Source: Octopus sinensis (Eukaryota). Taken from it: 64,000 nucleotides of DNA. The translations under genes were made by a program, and so were the position numbers. The notes below the pieces were generated by a model. It was not told the DNA's origin. It saw only the letters and a list, made by a program, of their open reading frames with translations, and did no database searches. The stretch is taken from positions 101,184,001 to 101,248,000 of the forward strand of contig NC_043004.1 of assembly GCF_006345805.1 (NCBI RefSeq). Direction: 5' to 3'. This document shows, piece by piece, positions 1-11,146 of the stretch (the first letter of the stretch is position 1; the number at the start of each line of letters is the position of its first letter).

Positions 1-224
1 GAAGGGAGTGTAAAGAAATCAACGTCGTAATGCGTTGTTAAGGAAACCAGCGTTCTTTTAGAACAACGACTTCATGGCTTGAAGACACTGAGTCAACGAT
101 TTAAAAAAAAATTATCATCATTTTTTTATTCCATTTTTAATGCATTTTTTTGCTATAACTCTCTAAAAATGCTTATATAGTTATTTCCCTTACAAACCCG
201 AGCAACGCCGGGCAATACTGCTAG
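1..224 (+). mobile_element. 3' part of a non-autonomous Helitron-like element
   Basis: Ends in hairpin CCCGAGCAACGCCGGG followed by CTAG|T. The last ~100 bp match the copies at 28690-29036 and 63534-63908. Confidence 0.75.
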
Positions 225-327
225 TATATAATATATGTATGTATATATATACACACACGTTCATGGACGTAAACATGCATTTACATGTATAAGTATGTAC
301 AAATATAAACATATATGTATATGTATG

Positions 328-366
<39 letters not shown>

Positions 367-367
367 T

Positions 368-419
<52 letters not shown>

Positions 420-436
420 TAGATAGATAGATAGAT

Positions 437-492
<56 letters not shown>

Positions 493-493
<1 letters not shown>

Positions 494-690
494 TCCAAAC
501 AAGAAAGCACAAAAAAACGCAACAACGCGAGGACGTGGAACAAATATAGTATTATTGGACGCTCAGGAAAGAAGGAAAGAAGAAGGGTTTAACGTTTCAA
601 GCGGAGCTCTTCGTCAGAAACATAGAAGGAAAGATCCAGAGAAGGGAAGACAGAGGAAAAAAATCGCCAACGGTACACACGAGGTCACAT
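493..690 (-). mobile_element. Short Penelope-like/retrozyme-like non-autonomous element carrying a hammerhead motif
   Basis: Shares CTGAGCG(T/C)C..ATA and the CTGACGAAGAGC..GCTCGAAA motif with the elements at 2480-2850 and 4600-4790. Confidence 0.55.
587..621 (-). ncRNA. Minimal type I hammerhead ribozyme motif
   Basis: Minus strand reads GTTT CTGACGA A GAGC TCC GCTT GAAAC GTT AAAC: stem I GTTT/AAAC, core CUGANGA, stem II GAGC/GCUU, GAAA, loopless palindromic stem III ACGT, cleavage triplet GUU. Confidence 0.65.
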
Positions 691-734
691 ATATATATAT
701 AGATAGATAATAGATAGATAGATAGATAGATAGT

Positions 735-820
<86 letters not shown>

Positions 821-854
821 CATACAGACAGACTGACACATACATATAATGGTA

Positions 855-1152
855 ATCTCTCGAGTTCCGAGAAAGACGGTTTTACAATTTCTTGCTGGAA
901 TAATCTACTCAGATGATTTGTTTGTGGCGATCAAATGTTTGTGCTGAAAGAAAAACTCACTCCCTTCGTTATATCGACATTGCTTGTCTAGGTTCACGGT
1001 TTACCACACATCAGACGTCGAAGTAATCTCAGTGCAACGTAATATGAAGTGTTTCGCTCAAGAACGCAACGAAATTCCCAGTCCTGGATTCGAACTCGCG
1101 GTTTCGCGATCGTGACAGCAGCGCCTTAACCACTAGCGCCACACGTCTTCAC
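855..1152 (-). mobile_element. tRNA-derived SINE (diverged), same type as 57541-57882
   Basis: Minus strand has A box TGGCGCTAGTGG, B box GAGTTCGAATCC, then TTCTTGAGCGAAACACTT. The 3' boundary is approximate. Confidence 0.7.
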
Positions 1153-1529
1153 TATATATGTATGCACGTACGTATATATGCATGCGTGAGCTTATGTACA
1201 CGCACATGCACACAGAGATTGTAACACACACGCACACAGACACACATCTGTAAAAGATCGATACATTCCCTGATGTCATCAGCGCAAGCGCACACACGCT
1301 CACAGGGCCCATCATCAGCGTCTCAGAAAGGTGTGTTATGAAATATTGATTGAATGGCAAAATAGATGCAAACACACGAACACACATCATATAGATCTGT
1401 CTGTGAGTGTGTGCATATATATATATTTTGTGTAGACATGTATCTGAACACTTCTATGCGCGTGTGTGCGCGCAAGAGAGAGAGAGACAGACAAAGAGAG
1501 ACAGAGAGAAAGATAACCAGTATATATAT

Positions 1530-1878
<349 letters not shown>

Positions 1879-2086
1879 CAAAAATAAGGGTGAAAAAATT
1901 GGATATTAATTTAATAACATCAATTAACACCAAGTGGTTTAGCGCATAAAAACTGGGATTCAGTAAATATTATATATATATATATATATGGTGTTCGTAT
2001 TTGTTTTCATGTTTTTTTATAAAAACAAGTTTACATTATTCTTAGGGGTCACACTATACTTTTTGTACGGTACTAATTTATTAGTG

Positions 2087-2172
2087 TCAAGGATATTGTT
2101 GAAGTTTCGGCCAGTTTCGGCCATTTAAGCCATTGGCCGAAACTTCGAAGTCGATGTCAACGATATCCTTGA
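2087..2172. repeat. Short foldback element (possible MITE deletion derivative)
   Basis: Inverted repeats TCAAGGATATTGTTGA/TCAACGATATCCTTGA and GAAGTTTCGGCCA/TGGCCGAAACTTC. Confidence 0.7.
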
Positions 2173-2479
2173 GTGTGTGTGTGTGTGGGGGGGGTGGGTG
2201 AATGGATTGATGGATAGATGGATATTATATTTTTACTTGTATTTAGTCATTGGACTGCGGACATACTAGAGTACCGTCTGACGGATCTTTAGTCGAACAA
2301 ATCCACCCCAGTACCTTTTTTTTTTATCTTCTATGTCTGGTACTTATTCTAACGTTGTCTTTTGCTGAACTGCTAGTAACGCAAACATACCACCACCAGT
2401 CGTCAACGCAAAGACATACACTTTTGTACAGACACTTCTACCCCCATGTGTGTGTGTGTGTGTGTGTGTGTTTTCGGAG

Positions 2480-2850
2480 ATGTAACGACACACGAGTTTT
2501 TATCCAGACTATCTCCCCCTTCTTCTGTTTTCCTCTTCTCTGAACTTTTTCTTCTTCCTGACGAAGAGTCATGCTCGAAATATCATTCCTAGTTTTCCAT
2601 TTAAAACTTTCCTTGAACGTCAATCTAATGAATGCCCAATAAATTATATTTATGTTTATAAATATAGCCACACACATGATTTTCTTGGATTTTTGTTTCT
2701 TTCTCTCTGGGCCTTTCTTCTCTCTTATTTCTGACGAAGAGCCGTACTCAAATTGTTATTCACTCACTCGTCTTTTTACAGTTTATACTGAGCGTCATAC
2801 ATTCTATGTAGACCTTCTTTTGACTTTCGTTGTTTTGTTATTTTTAATTT
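2480..2850 (+). mobile_element. Two tandem units of the hammerhead-bearing short element (decayed)
   Basis: CTGACGAAGAGTCATGCTCGAAATATC at 2558-2584, CTGACGAAGAGCCGTACTCAAA at 2731-2752, and downstream CTGAGCGTCATAC. Confidence 0.5.
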
Positions 2851-2871
2851 TTGATTTGCCAATATATATAT

Positions 2872-3240
2872 ATAGGCGTGGCTGTGTGGTAAGAAGCTTG
2901 CTTCCCAACCACATGGTTCCGGGTTCAGTCCTATTGTGTGACATCTTGGGCAAGTGTCTTCTACTATATCCTCGGGTTGACCAAAGCCTTGTAAGTGTAT
3001 TTGGTAGACGGAAACTGAAAGAAGCTCGTCATGTATCTATACATATATATAATATTTATTTATTTATTTATGTGAGTGTATGTTTGTGTGTCTGTGTTTT
3101 CCCCCACCCCCTCCATCACTTGATAACTGATGTTGGTATATTTATGTCCCCGAAACTAAGCGGTTCAGCAAAAGAGACCGATAGAATAAGTACTAAGCTG
3201 ACAAAAATAAGTCCTAGCGTCGATTTCTTTGTTCACACAC
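2872..3240 (+). mobile_element. CORE-type tRNA-derived SINE with internal microsatellite
   Basis: Head GGCTGTGTGGTAAG..GGTTCAGTCC, CORE-like CTTGGGCAAGTGTCTTCTACTATA, 3' part CGGTTCAGCAAAAGAGACCGATAGAATAAGTAC. Confidence 0.9.
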
Positions 3241-4320
3241 AATGCGCTACCATTCTTCACTTGATTGTGCTTTTCTTTTCCATTTGGACCCGAATTGCTT
3301 GATCATGTCCTCCTTCCATTGCCTAGATCTTCCGAGTATCTCCTCTGAACACTTGTATACCACTTGACAAATGCACGTTACAGAATATCCGGCTCAGTAC
3401 AACTTGTGATCAAATAATACAGAATATCCGGCTCAGTACAACTTGTGATGCTTAGCGGTATTTCGTCTGCCGTTACGTTCTGAGTTCAAATTCCGCCGAG
3501 GTCGACTTTGCCTTTTATCCTTTCGGGGTCGATAAATTAAGTATCAATTGCGTACTGGGGTCGATCTAATCGACTGGCTCCCTCTCAAAAAAAAATCCTC
3601 GAATTATCTTATTCTCCCATTCTCGAATAATCTTATTTCGGATAAGCTCCCGCCATGGTATTCCCGACTCATCTTTCCACGACCCACTACGTCATAACCA
3701 GTCGCTGTTATTTCTTTCTTCGTTGAAGCCCAAGTCTCATTTGCGTATATGAATGTTGGTGGGACGGTGCTATTGAAGAGATTAACATGCAGGCTTTTGT
3801 TCAGTTGTACTTAGTGTACATTTCGAGGCACCTGCTTTCCATCTTGCCCTTATTCTGCGTCAGAGTTCAGCATTCGTGTTTCGGCATATATTATTAACTG
3901 TATTTGATGCCATATAAGACACACGTTTTCTCCGCCAGAAAATGTTTCAAAAATTATCCCGGGTCCTATATGTAAAGTTGTGTCTCTTTGTAGTTAATTT
4001 TGTCTTTGACGCTCCCGCTTTCCTGAATACGCGCAGCTGAAATTGTGGTGCATCAAATACGTCAGATCGTCTTTTATGCCATTGAATACGGGTAATATTT
4101 ATTCTAGGTGAACGTATTTCTTCACTTTCTCAATTTCATCGCTTCACACCCCTATTTAGCTATGTGCTCCGCTTTTAGACAGCATGTAATTTGTTTCATC
4201 CAGTTAGTGGAAGCTGTAGACTTAACTGACCGTAAATTCGAGGTCCACGTTTCCGATCTTTTGGCTGGAAGAACCGAAACGCAACCTCACGTAACGGTAA
4301 ATGAAGATTTGTTTCCAATA
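3240..4320 (-). mobile_element. Decayed RTE-clade LINE, C-terminal part of RT ORF, interrupted by a SINE
   Basis: Minus-strand fragments translate to DEIEKVKKYVHL, EL*RRIRARWKA, NLFNSTVPPTFIYANETWASTKKE and GRSRQWKEDMIKQFGSKWKRKAQ, matching the RTE C-terminal pattern; contains stops and frameshifts. Confidence 0.75.
3450..3600 (+). mobile_element. 5'-truncated Meta-domain-type tRNA SINE
   Basis: GAGGTCGACTTTGCCTTTTATCCTTTCGGGGTCGATAAATTAAGTA. Confidence 0.85.
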
Positions 4321-4399
4321 CATACGTACACACACATACACATACGCACAATGTACATATACGTATGTACATACATACATGCATGTGCGTGTGTGGCTG

Positions 4400-4570
4400 T
4401 GGGCGCAGGCGTGGCCGTGTGGTAAGACGTTCAGTTGCTAACTACATGGTTTCAGGTTCAGTCCCGTTGTGTGGCACCTTGGGCAAGTGTCTTCTACTAC
4501 ATCCCTGAGCCAAGCAAAGTCTTAGGAGTGTATTTGTTGGACGAAAACTGAAAGAAACCCGTCGTATGTA
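4400..4570 (+). mobile_element. CORE-type SINE, 5' half
   Basis: tRNA-like head plus GGCACCTTGGGCAAGTGTCTTCTAC. Confidence 0.85.
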
Positions 4571-4599
4571 TGTATGTGTGTATATATATATATATAACG

Positions 4600-4790
4600 G
4601 GAAGGTTTACGAAAATAAACAAAAGACGAAGGCAGGTGGAGTACAAACGAACAATGTATTAGTATGGCGCTCAGGAATAGAAATAAAACAAGTCTTTTAT
4701 GTTTCGAGCCTACGCTCTTCGACAGAAAGATACACAGAAAAGAAACAAGGAGAGAAAAAAATTGCGTGAAGGGGCTAACAATATATATAC
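4600..4790 (-). mobile_element. Short hammerhead-bearing element, same family as 493-690
   Basis: Alignable by eye to 493-690; motif at 4693-4730. Confidence 0.55.
4693..4730 (-). ncRNA. Degenerate minimal hammerhead motif
   Basis: TCTTT CTGTCGA A GAGC GTAG GCTC GAAAC ATA AAAGA: 5-bp stem I and 4-bp stem II intact; core A6 and stem III G are mutated. Confidence 0.5.
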
Positions 4791-5149
4791 ATATACATAC
4801 ATACATACATATATATATGTGTGTATGTGTTAATGGTAATAGTGTACCATTTCTCCGTATTTTTCGTCCTTGTTTTCGTATACATTCGCTTGCTTTCTTC
4901 CAAAGAATCTAGTGCTCTTAGCTTAGATTTTCTTGGGGCCGGCCAGATAGGAGCAACCTCGAGTGTAACTGGCCGCAACTGCAAATACGATCTGGAACTC
5001 GACTGAGGTTAGGAAGCTCCGAATGAACCGTCCTTGTTTTTTGCTGTCCTTTTTCTTTTTTTTTGTATCGTCTAACTGTCCGGATGTTTTATCGTCGCCT
5101 ATTACATTCTTGTTCCAGTTTTGTTTTCTTTATATATATTTATTTATTA

Positions 5150-5209
<60 letters not shown>

Positions 5210-5394
5210 TATGTAAAAAAATACAAACTGGGACAAGAACGCAAAACATTTAGAAGACGATACAAAAAACACGAACGGGACATTCGAAGCCTTCAATCTT
5301 CAGTCAAGAACCGGATCATCCTCGCAATTTCGGCTGATTATATATATATATACATACATACTTACACACACACACACACACACATATACATATA

Positions 5395-5520
5395 TATACT
5401 TTTACTTGCTTCAGTCTTTTTGACTGCGGCCAAGCTGGAGCACCGCCTTGAAGGGTTTTGTTGGAACAAATCGACCCCGGAACTTATTATTTAAAGCCTA
5501 GGACCTATTCTATCAGCTTC
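5395..5520 (-). mobile_element. CORE-type SINE 3' fragment
   Basis: TTTTACTTGCTTCAGTC..GACTGCGGCCAAGCTGGAGCACCGCC. Confidence 0.8.
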
Positions 5521-5814
5521 TTCATATATATCTTTGTGTGTATGTGTAGAAATGAGTGTGAGCATTGATATATGCACACAAACACACATACACACACACA
5601 TGCACATACACACATGCACTATATGATTAAATAGATGTCTTTATGGGGTATATATTGATTGTAGAGTACATACTTTTATGCATGAATCGGTTTATTATTT
5701 GTAATTTTGTGACTTAACATCCCTAATACTAACATATTTCCTGTCTGGATAAACTGTGAGTAAACTAGTTTAGTAGGCAGCACACTTCGATCGGCAATAA
5801 AAGGAGGATTCAAG

Positions 5815-6545
5815 GCGCCGAGCTGGCAGAAACGTTAGCGCGCCGGGCGAAATGCGTAGCCGTATTTCGTCTGCCGTTACGTTCTGAGTTCAAATACCGC
5901 CGAGGTCGACTTTGCCTTTCATCCTTTCAGGGTCGATTAAATAAGTACTAGTTACGCACTGGGGTCGATATAATCAACTTAATCCGTTTGTCTGTCCTTG
6001 TTTGTCCTCTCTGTGTTTAGCCCCTTGTGGGTAGTAAAGAAATAGGTATTTCGCCTGCCGCTACGTTCTCGGTTCAAATTCTGCCCTTTCGGGGTCGATA
6101 AATTAAGTACCAGTTACGCACTGGGGTCGATATAATCGACTCTATCCGTTTGTCTGTCCTTGTTTGTCTCCTCTGTGTTTAGTCCCTTATGGGCAGTAAA
6201 GAAATAGGTATTTCGTCTGCCGCTACGTTCTGAGTTCAAATTCCGCCGAGGTCGACTTTGCCTTTCATCCTTTCGGGGTCGATTAAATAAGTACCAGTTA
6301 CGCACTGGGGTCGATATAATCGACTTAATCCATTTGTCTGTCCTTGTTTGTCCTGTCTGTGTTTAGCCCCTTGTGGGCAGTAAAGAAATAGGTATTTCGT
6401 CTGTCTTTACGTTCTGAGTTCAAATTCCGCCGAGGTCGACTTTGCCTTTGATCCTTTCGGGAGTCGATAAATTAAGTATCTATTGCGTACTGGGGTCGAT
6501 CTCCCTCTCCAAAAGTTTCGAACCTTGTGCATAGAGTAGAAAAGA
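5815..6545 (+). mobile_element. Head-to-tail tetramer of the Meta-domain-type SINE
   Basis: One full head followed by three restarts at GAAATA|GGTATTTC (6039, 6201, 6385). Confidence 0.9.
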
Positions 6546-6824
6546 ATATAAGCATGATTGAAGTTTTAAGTTTTTCTTTTAATCATGTTTATGTCATTCA
6601 TTTCTAAACTAAATTATTTTCGAGTATCCCTTACGTTCTTTTTAGGTATGAGTGCATGTTTAAATCATTAATCGTGCCAGTCTTCGCTCTTTGAAGGTTT
6701 AATTCTGTTATGTTGACTGGGGGGGGGGGGGGTCTGTTTCTGTCAGATATTTATTTTATCGGCTACGATGTATCAAATAGCTAAGCCACACTTTGACATC
6801 ATGAGACGTTATTACACGCGCTGT

Positions 6825-6884
<60 letters not shown>

Positions 6885-6889
<5 letters not shown>

Positions 6890-7056
6890 CTCTTTTATTC
6901 TTTCACATGTTTCACTCATTTGACTGTGGCCATGTACTTGTTCTATCAATCTCTTTCGCCGAACCGCTATGTTACGGGGACGTAAACACACCAACATCGG
7001 TTGTCAAACGATAGGGAGACAAACACCGACACACAAACACACACACACACACCACC

Positions 7057-7111
<55 letters not shown>

Positions 7112-7245
7112 CAAATCCACTCACAAGACTTTAGTTGGACAGAGGCTATAGTAGAAGTCACTTGCCCAAGGTACCAGGCAGTGGGAAAGAACTCGGGACC
7201 ATATGGTTGAGAAGCAAGCTTCTTACCACACAGCCATTCCTATTA
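6885..7245 (-). mobile_element. CORE-type SINE
   Basis: Reverse-complement match to 2872-3240 and 43220-43625. Confidence 0.9.
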
Positions 7246-7446
7246 TATATACGTGGACACGCACGTGCACACACACATACACACACACACACATTGATAC
7301 TCGCACACCTATAACACATACATGTATACACATAACACGTAGATATATATTATATGTATATATAAATCTGTATATTTAATATATGTGTATATATGGCTAT
7401 GCATATATCTATATATATGTGTGTGTGTTTGCGTGTGTAAAATCCA

Positions 7447-7487
<41 letters not shown>

Positions 7488-8590
7488 GAATGCATATTTA
7501 TAAATATGTTCATATGTTATATAACATTTACATATACATATTGCATTAGTATACACACACTTTCACACACACACACATATTTGAATTTAGTGTATTTGTT
7601 TTTGTTTTTGTTTTTTTTTTATGTTTATTCTACAGAAAAACGGTGACCGTAAATTCGATATTTCACCGATGACTGTATCACTTTATCCACACATCCCTAA
7701 CCCCTGGTCGTGGTAGACGGGAGACGATGGGCTCCTTACTGTATCTGTAAACTGGGTAAGACAGTGGAAAGAAATGCTATAAATTCGGTCGTGAATTAAT
7801 TTTTCCTTTCTACTCGAGGCATTCGAGATGTTCCGTAGAAAAGCGAAGTTTTCCATCATCATTATTTTGTCCCGTCTCACCGGATTATCAGGTGATAACT
7901 CCGAAGAGTGTCTGATTTTCTCTAGCGGCATGACCTCTCGATCAGCTACGATAATAATGCTGTGAGTGTTATGAGGTTACCTTAAATATTTCAGAGGTGA
8001 AAACCAGTATTACCTGGTGCAGGATATATTTAAGAGAGTATGTCCCCAATAGAAAAAAAAAAAGTATTTTCCCCCCCTATTTATTTTATTTGTAAGGGAT
8101 CTGTATTCTCAAAAAAACTTTTATTAATTAATAAAACGGTGGAATATTCGTGTCATAAAATTCCAGGGAAATAAGCTATAGGGGGGGGAAACGGCAACCA
8201 CATACACACACACACACAAGCACGTCTACGGATCCCCTGGAATGAATGGACTCTGTGTGCGTGTGTGTCTATAGCTATGGTATACGGGTTCGAATCCGTT
8301 GCTGCTTTTTAGCTTTAGGCACTACATTGCCTGATGTGTGTGTGTAATTTACAGGCGGCTTCCTACGGCGTTTCGTCGCGTCTTAAGACAGTATTTTACT
8401 CTATATAAGACCGCAGTTGGCTCAGTTGACTACAATAGGTGTGTAAAATACTTTTGATACCCTGCTATTGTTCCTCGGGCGGGGGTGGGATAGAATTGTC
8501 CCTTATTACCGCAGAATTATTACTCATTTATATCACTATTATTCTCGTGTTATTTATTACTACACTTCAAACTCTTAAGTGTTTATAAAT

Positions 8591-8648
<58 letters not shown>

Positions 8649-8689
8649 CTCTCTCTCTCTATCTCTCTCTCTCTCTTTCTCTTCAAATA

Positions 8690-8971
8690 CAGGTATACCT
8701 CAACTTACGTCAGCGATTAGTTCCAAGGTAAACGGCTTAATCGAAAAACAATGTAACACGATAAAAGCATTAAAAAAATTTATTAGTTTCTGTCTGTTTT
8801 GCTAAATGGTTTGTACATATTTTCATATGTAATCTCTTTGATTTTTTTCACTTCAGCATTGGTTTTTAGGTATTATTTAAAATTGTTATGCTTTTTAAAT
8901 AAGTGATCGTTGAGAGCGACGTGAGCTCGAAACAGACGTAACTCGAAACGACGTAAGCTGAGATATGTCTG
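8690..8971. mobile_element. Tc1/mariner (Tigger/pogo-like) MITE
   Basis: TIRs CAGGTATACCTCAACTTACGTC / GACGTAAGCTGAGATATGTCTG; TA on both flanks. Confidence 0.8.
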
Positions 8972-9009
8972 TACATAGATGTATGTGTTTGTGCATGTGC
9001 GTGCTTTCC

Positions 9010-9136
9010 GAACTACATGGCTCTGAGTTCAATCCTTGGGCAAACATCTATTATAGCCCTTGGCTGACCAAAGCTTTGTGAGTGGATTTGGTAGACGGAA
9101 ACTGGAAGAAGCCTGTCGTATATATATGTGTGTGTA

Positions 9137-9167
<31 letters not shown>

Positions 9168-9370
9168 CTGTGTGTACGTGCTTGTGTTTATTCCCACCAC
9201 CACCGCGTGACAACTGCTGTTGGTTTATTTACGTTCCCGTTAACTTGAGGTTCGGCAAAAGGAACCGATAGGCTTTAGCAAACGAATCCTGGGTTCGATT
9301 TGTTCCACTGAACCCGTCAAGGCGGTGCTCCAGCCAAGCCGCAGTCTGATGACTAAAACAAGTAAAAGAT
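9010..9370 (+). mobile_element. CORE-type SINE, 5'-truncated
   Basis: CORE, (TG)n and 3' tail present. Confidence 0.85.
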
Positions 9371-9509
9371 AAAACCTGTGTACACACACACACAACACAC
9401 AAACGTATATATAAAACGTTATATATATATAGTATATATATATACATATATGTATATATATCTATATATATATAGATATATATATATATATATATATAAT
9501 ATATATATA

Positions 9510-9860
9510 TATAGGCGTGGCTATCTGGTAAGAAGCTTGCTTTCAAACCACATGGTTCAGGGTTCAGTCCCACTGCGCGGCACCTTGGGCAAGTGTCTTC
9601 TGCTATAGCCTCAGGCAGACCAAATCCTTGTGAGTGGATTTGGTTCAAGGAATTGAAAGAAACCCGTCATGTGTGTGTGTGTGTGTCTCCTTGCCCCCCC
9701 CCCATGTTGGTGTGTTTATGTCCCCGTAGCTTAGCGGTTCGGCAAAAGGAAACCGATAGAATAAGTACTAGGCTTACAAAGAATAAGTCTTCGGGTCGAT
9801 TTGTTCGTAAAACTCCAGCATGCTGCAGTCAAATGACTGCACACAGTAAAAGAATAAAAG
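9510..9860 (+). mobile_element. CORE-type SINE, near full length
   Basis: Head, CORE and tail ending AGTAAAAGAATAAAAG. Confidence 0.9.
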
Positions 9861-9872
9861 TAAAATATATTA

Positions 9873-9917
<45 letters not shown>

Positions 9918-10207
9918 TATATAACACACACACACACACACACAGAAGCATAAACATTGTGACATACACAGAGGCATACACTCACATAACGCGCGCGTAC
10001 TCTCAATACTCTTGTACTCTTCTGTTGGAAAGCGAAACAACACATAGTGACACACCACACACACACACACACATTTTATTCATGCATTTTCGTACGGACT
10101 TTCCCCGTCGTCTCCTTGTGGAATAAATATTGCTAGTAGATAGAGATTGTGCACCCCGCCGCCACCCGGCATTCGCAGACCTTCCAAAACGAGTAATGTT
10201 TACATAT

Positions 10208-10247
<40 letters not shown>

Positions 10248-10399
10248 CAGAAAAAAAAAAACCTCTTCCAACACAGAGGTTTTGTCACAGATTCCCCCGC
10301 AACCTCTTTAGACATATTCTTCTTATTCAAAAATGTACGGTTATTGTCTTGTATGTAGACATTCACCACTCCGTTTGTTACCTTACAAACAAATGCACG

Positions 10400-11146
10400 C
10401 ACACACGCACTTGCCGACTAATGTCAGCTAAAACTCAGCAACGTGCTTTCTGAGAAGCGAACACACAAACAAACGGTGACTCTGCAGCACTAGCAGCAGC
10501 AGCAGTTATAAGGAGAAGAAGAACAGCAGCAGCTGCAATAGCAGCAGCATATTTATCGAGCAGCGCAGCAGCAGCAGCAGCTGTAATCATCAGCAGCAGC
10601 AGCAAAAGTAGTGAGTCGGCCGCCGTTTGGTGGCGGTGAGAGGAGGAAGTTACTGACTGACTGTACACACACACACATATACACACACACAGACACGCGC
10701 ACATATATATTTACACATATGTATACACTAACGAACATTTCAGAACCGCCCTCACATATCTCAATACTTACACTGACGTATACATACACGCACACAGACT
10801 GCTGACTGTCAGAGAAAGGACAGTATCTCTGTTCAGTGTATTCGGAGCGCGTGCGCCTGTGTATATACAAATATACATATATATACATAGTTCTTTTCTT
10901 CAAGGCGTATTTTGAACCGTTGGACTTATTTTATTACATTACACAAAACAACCTGCATGTAAATTAAATATACATACATATTCACCTGAATAATTTATTT
11001 CAGCTTTTGTCCACACTTGGATCTATATTTTTTTTTGCTAAACGGAGGCAGAAATTTACCTTTCTATTTTGGATTTAAGTTGACTGCTTTACTGATTGCG
11101 GGTAATTTCATAATTATACGGCTTGTATCACCCGAAAAGCCCACAG
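10400..11146 (+). promoter_or_regulatory. Possible CpG-rich promoter or 5' non-coding exon with CAG tracts
   Basis: Non-repeat sequence with CpGs and (CAG)n at 10480-10605, and a consensus donor CAG|GTAAGT at 11146/11147. No transcript evidence. Confidence 0.25.

Larger units (their letters stand above)
225..845. repeat. Compound microsatellite (TA)n/(GA)n/(GACA)n/(GATA)n, interrupted by a ~200 bp element at ~493-690
   Basis: Simple repeats read directly. Confidence 0.95.

Noticed and set aside
3378-3450. 32-bp direct repeat TACAGAATATCCGGCTCAGTACAACTTGTGAT
   Set aside because: A simple local duplication at a SINE insertion edge within the RTE relic.
5815-6545. CRISPR-like repeat array
   Set aside because: The units are whole SINE bodies without unique spacers, in a eukaryotic context with no cas genes.
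7636-7756. AG/GT-bounded segment on + strand
   Set aside because: Stops in all three frames and no other support.
8270-8310. GGTTCGAATCC B-box with a small stem, possible tRNA
   Set aside because: No cloverleaf or A box. All tRNA-like sequences here appear to be SINE heads, so no tRNA gene is called.
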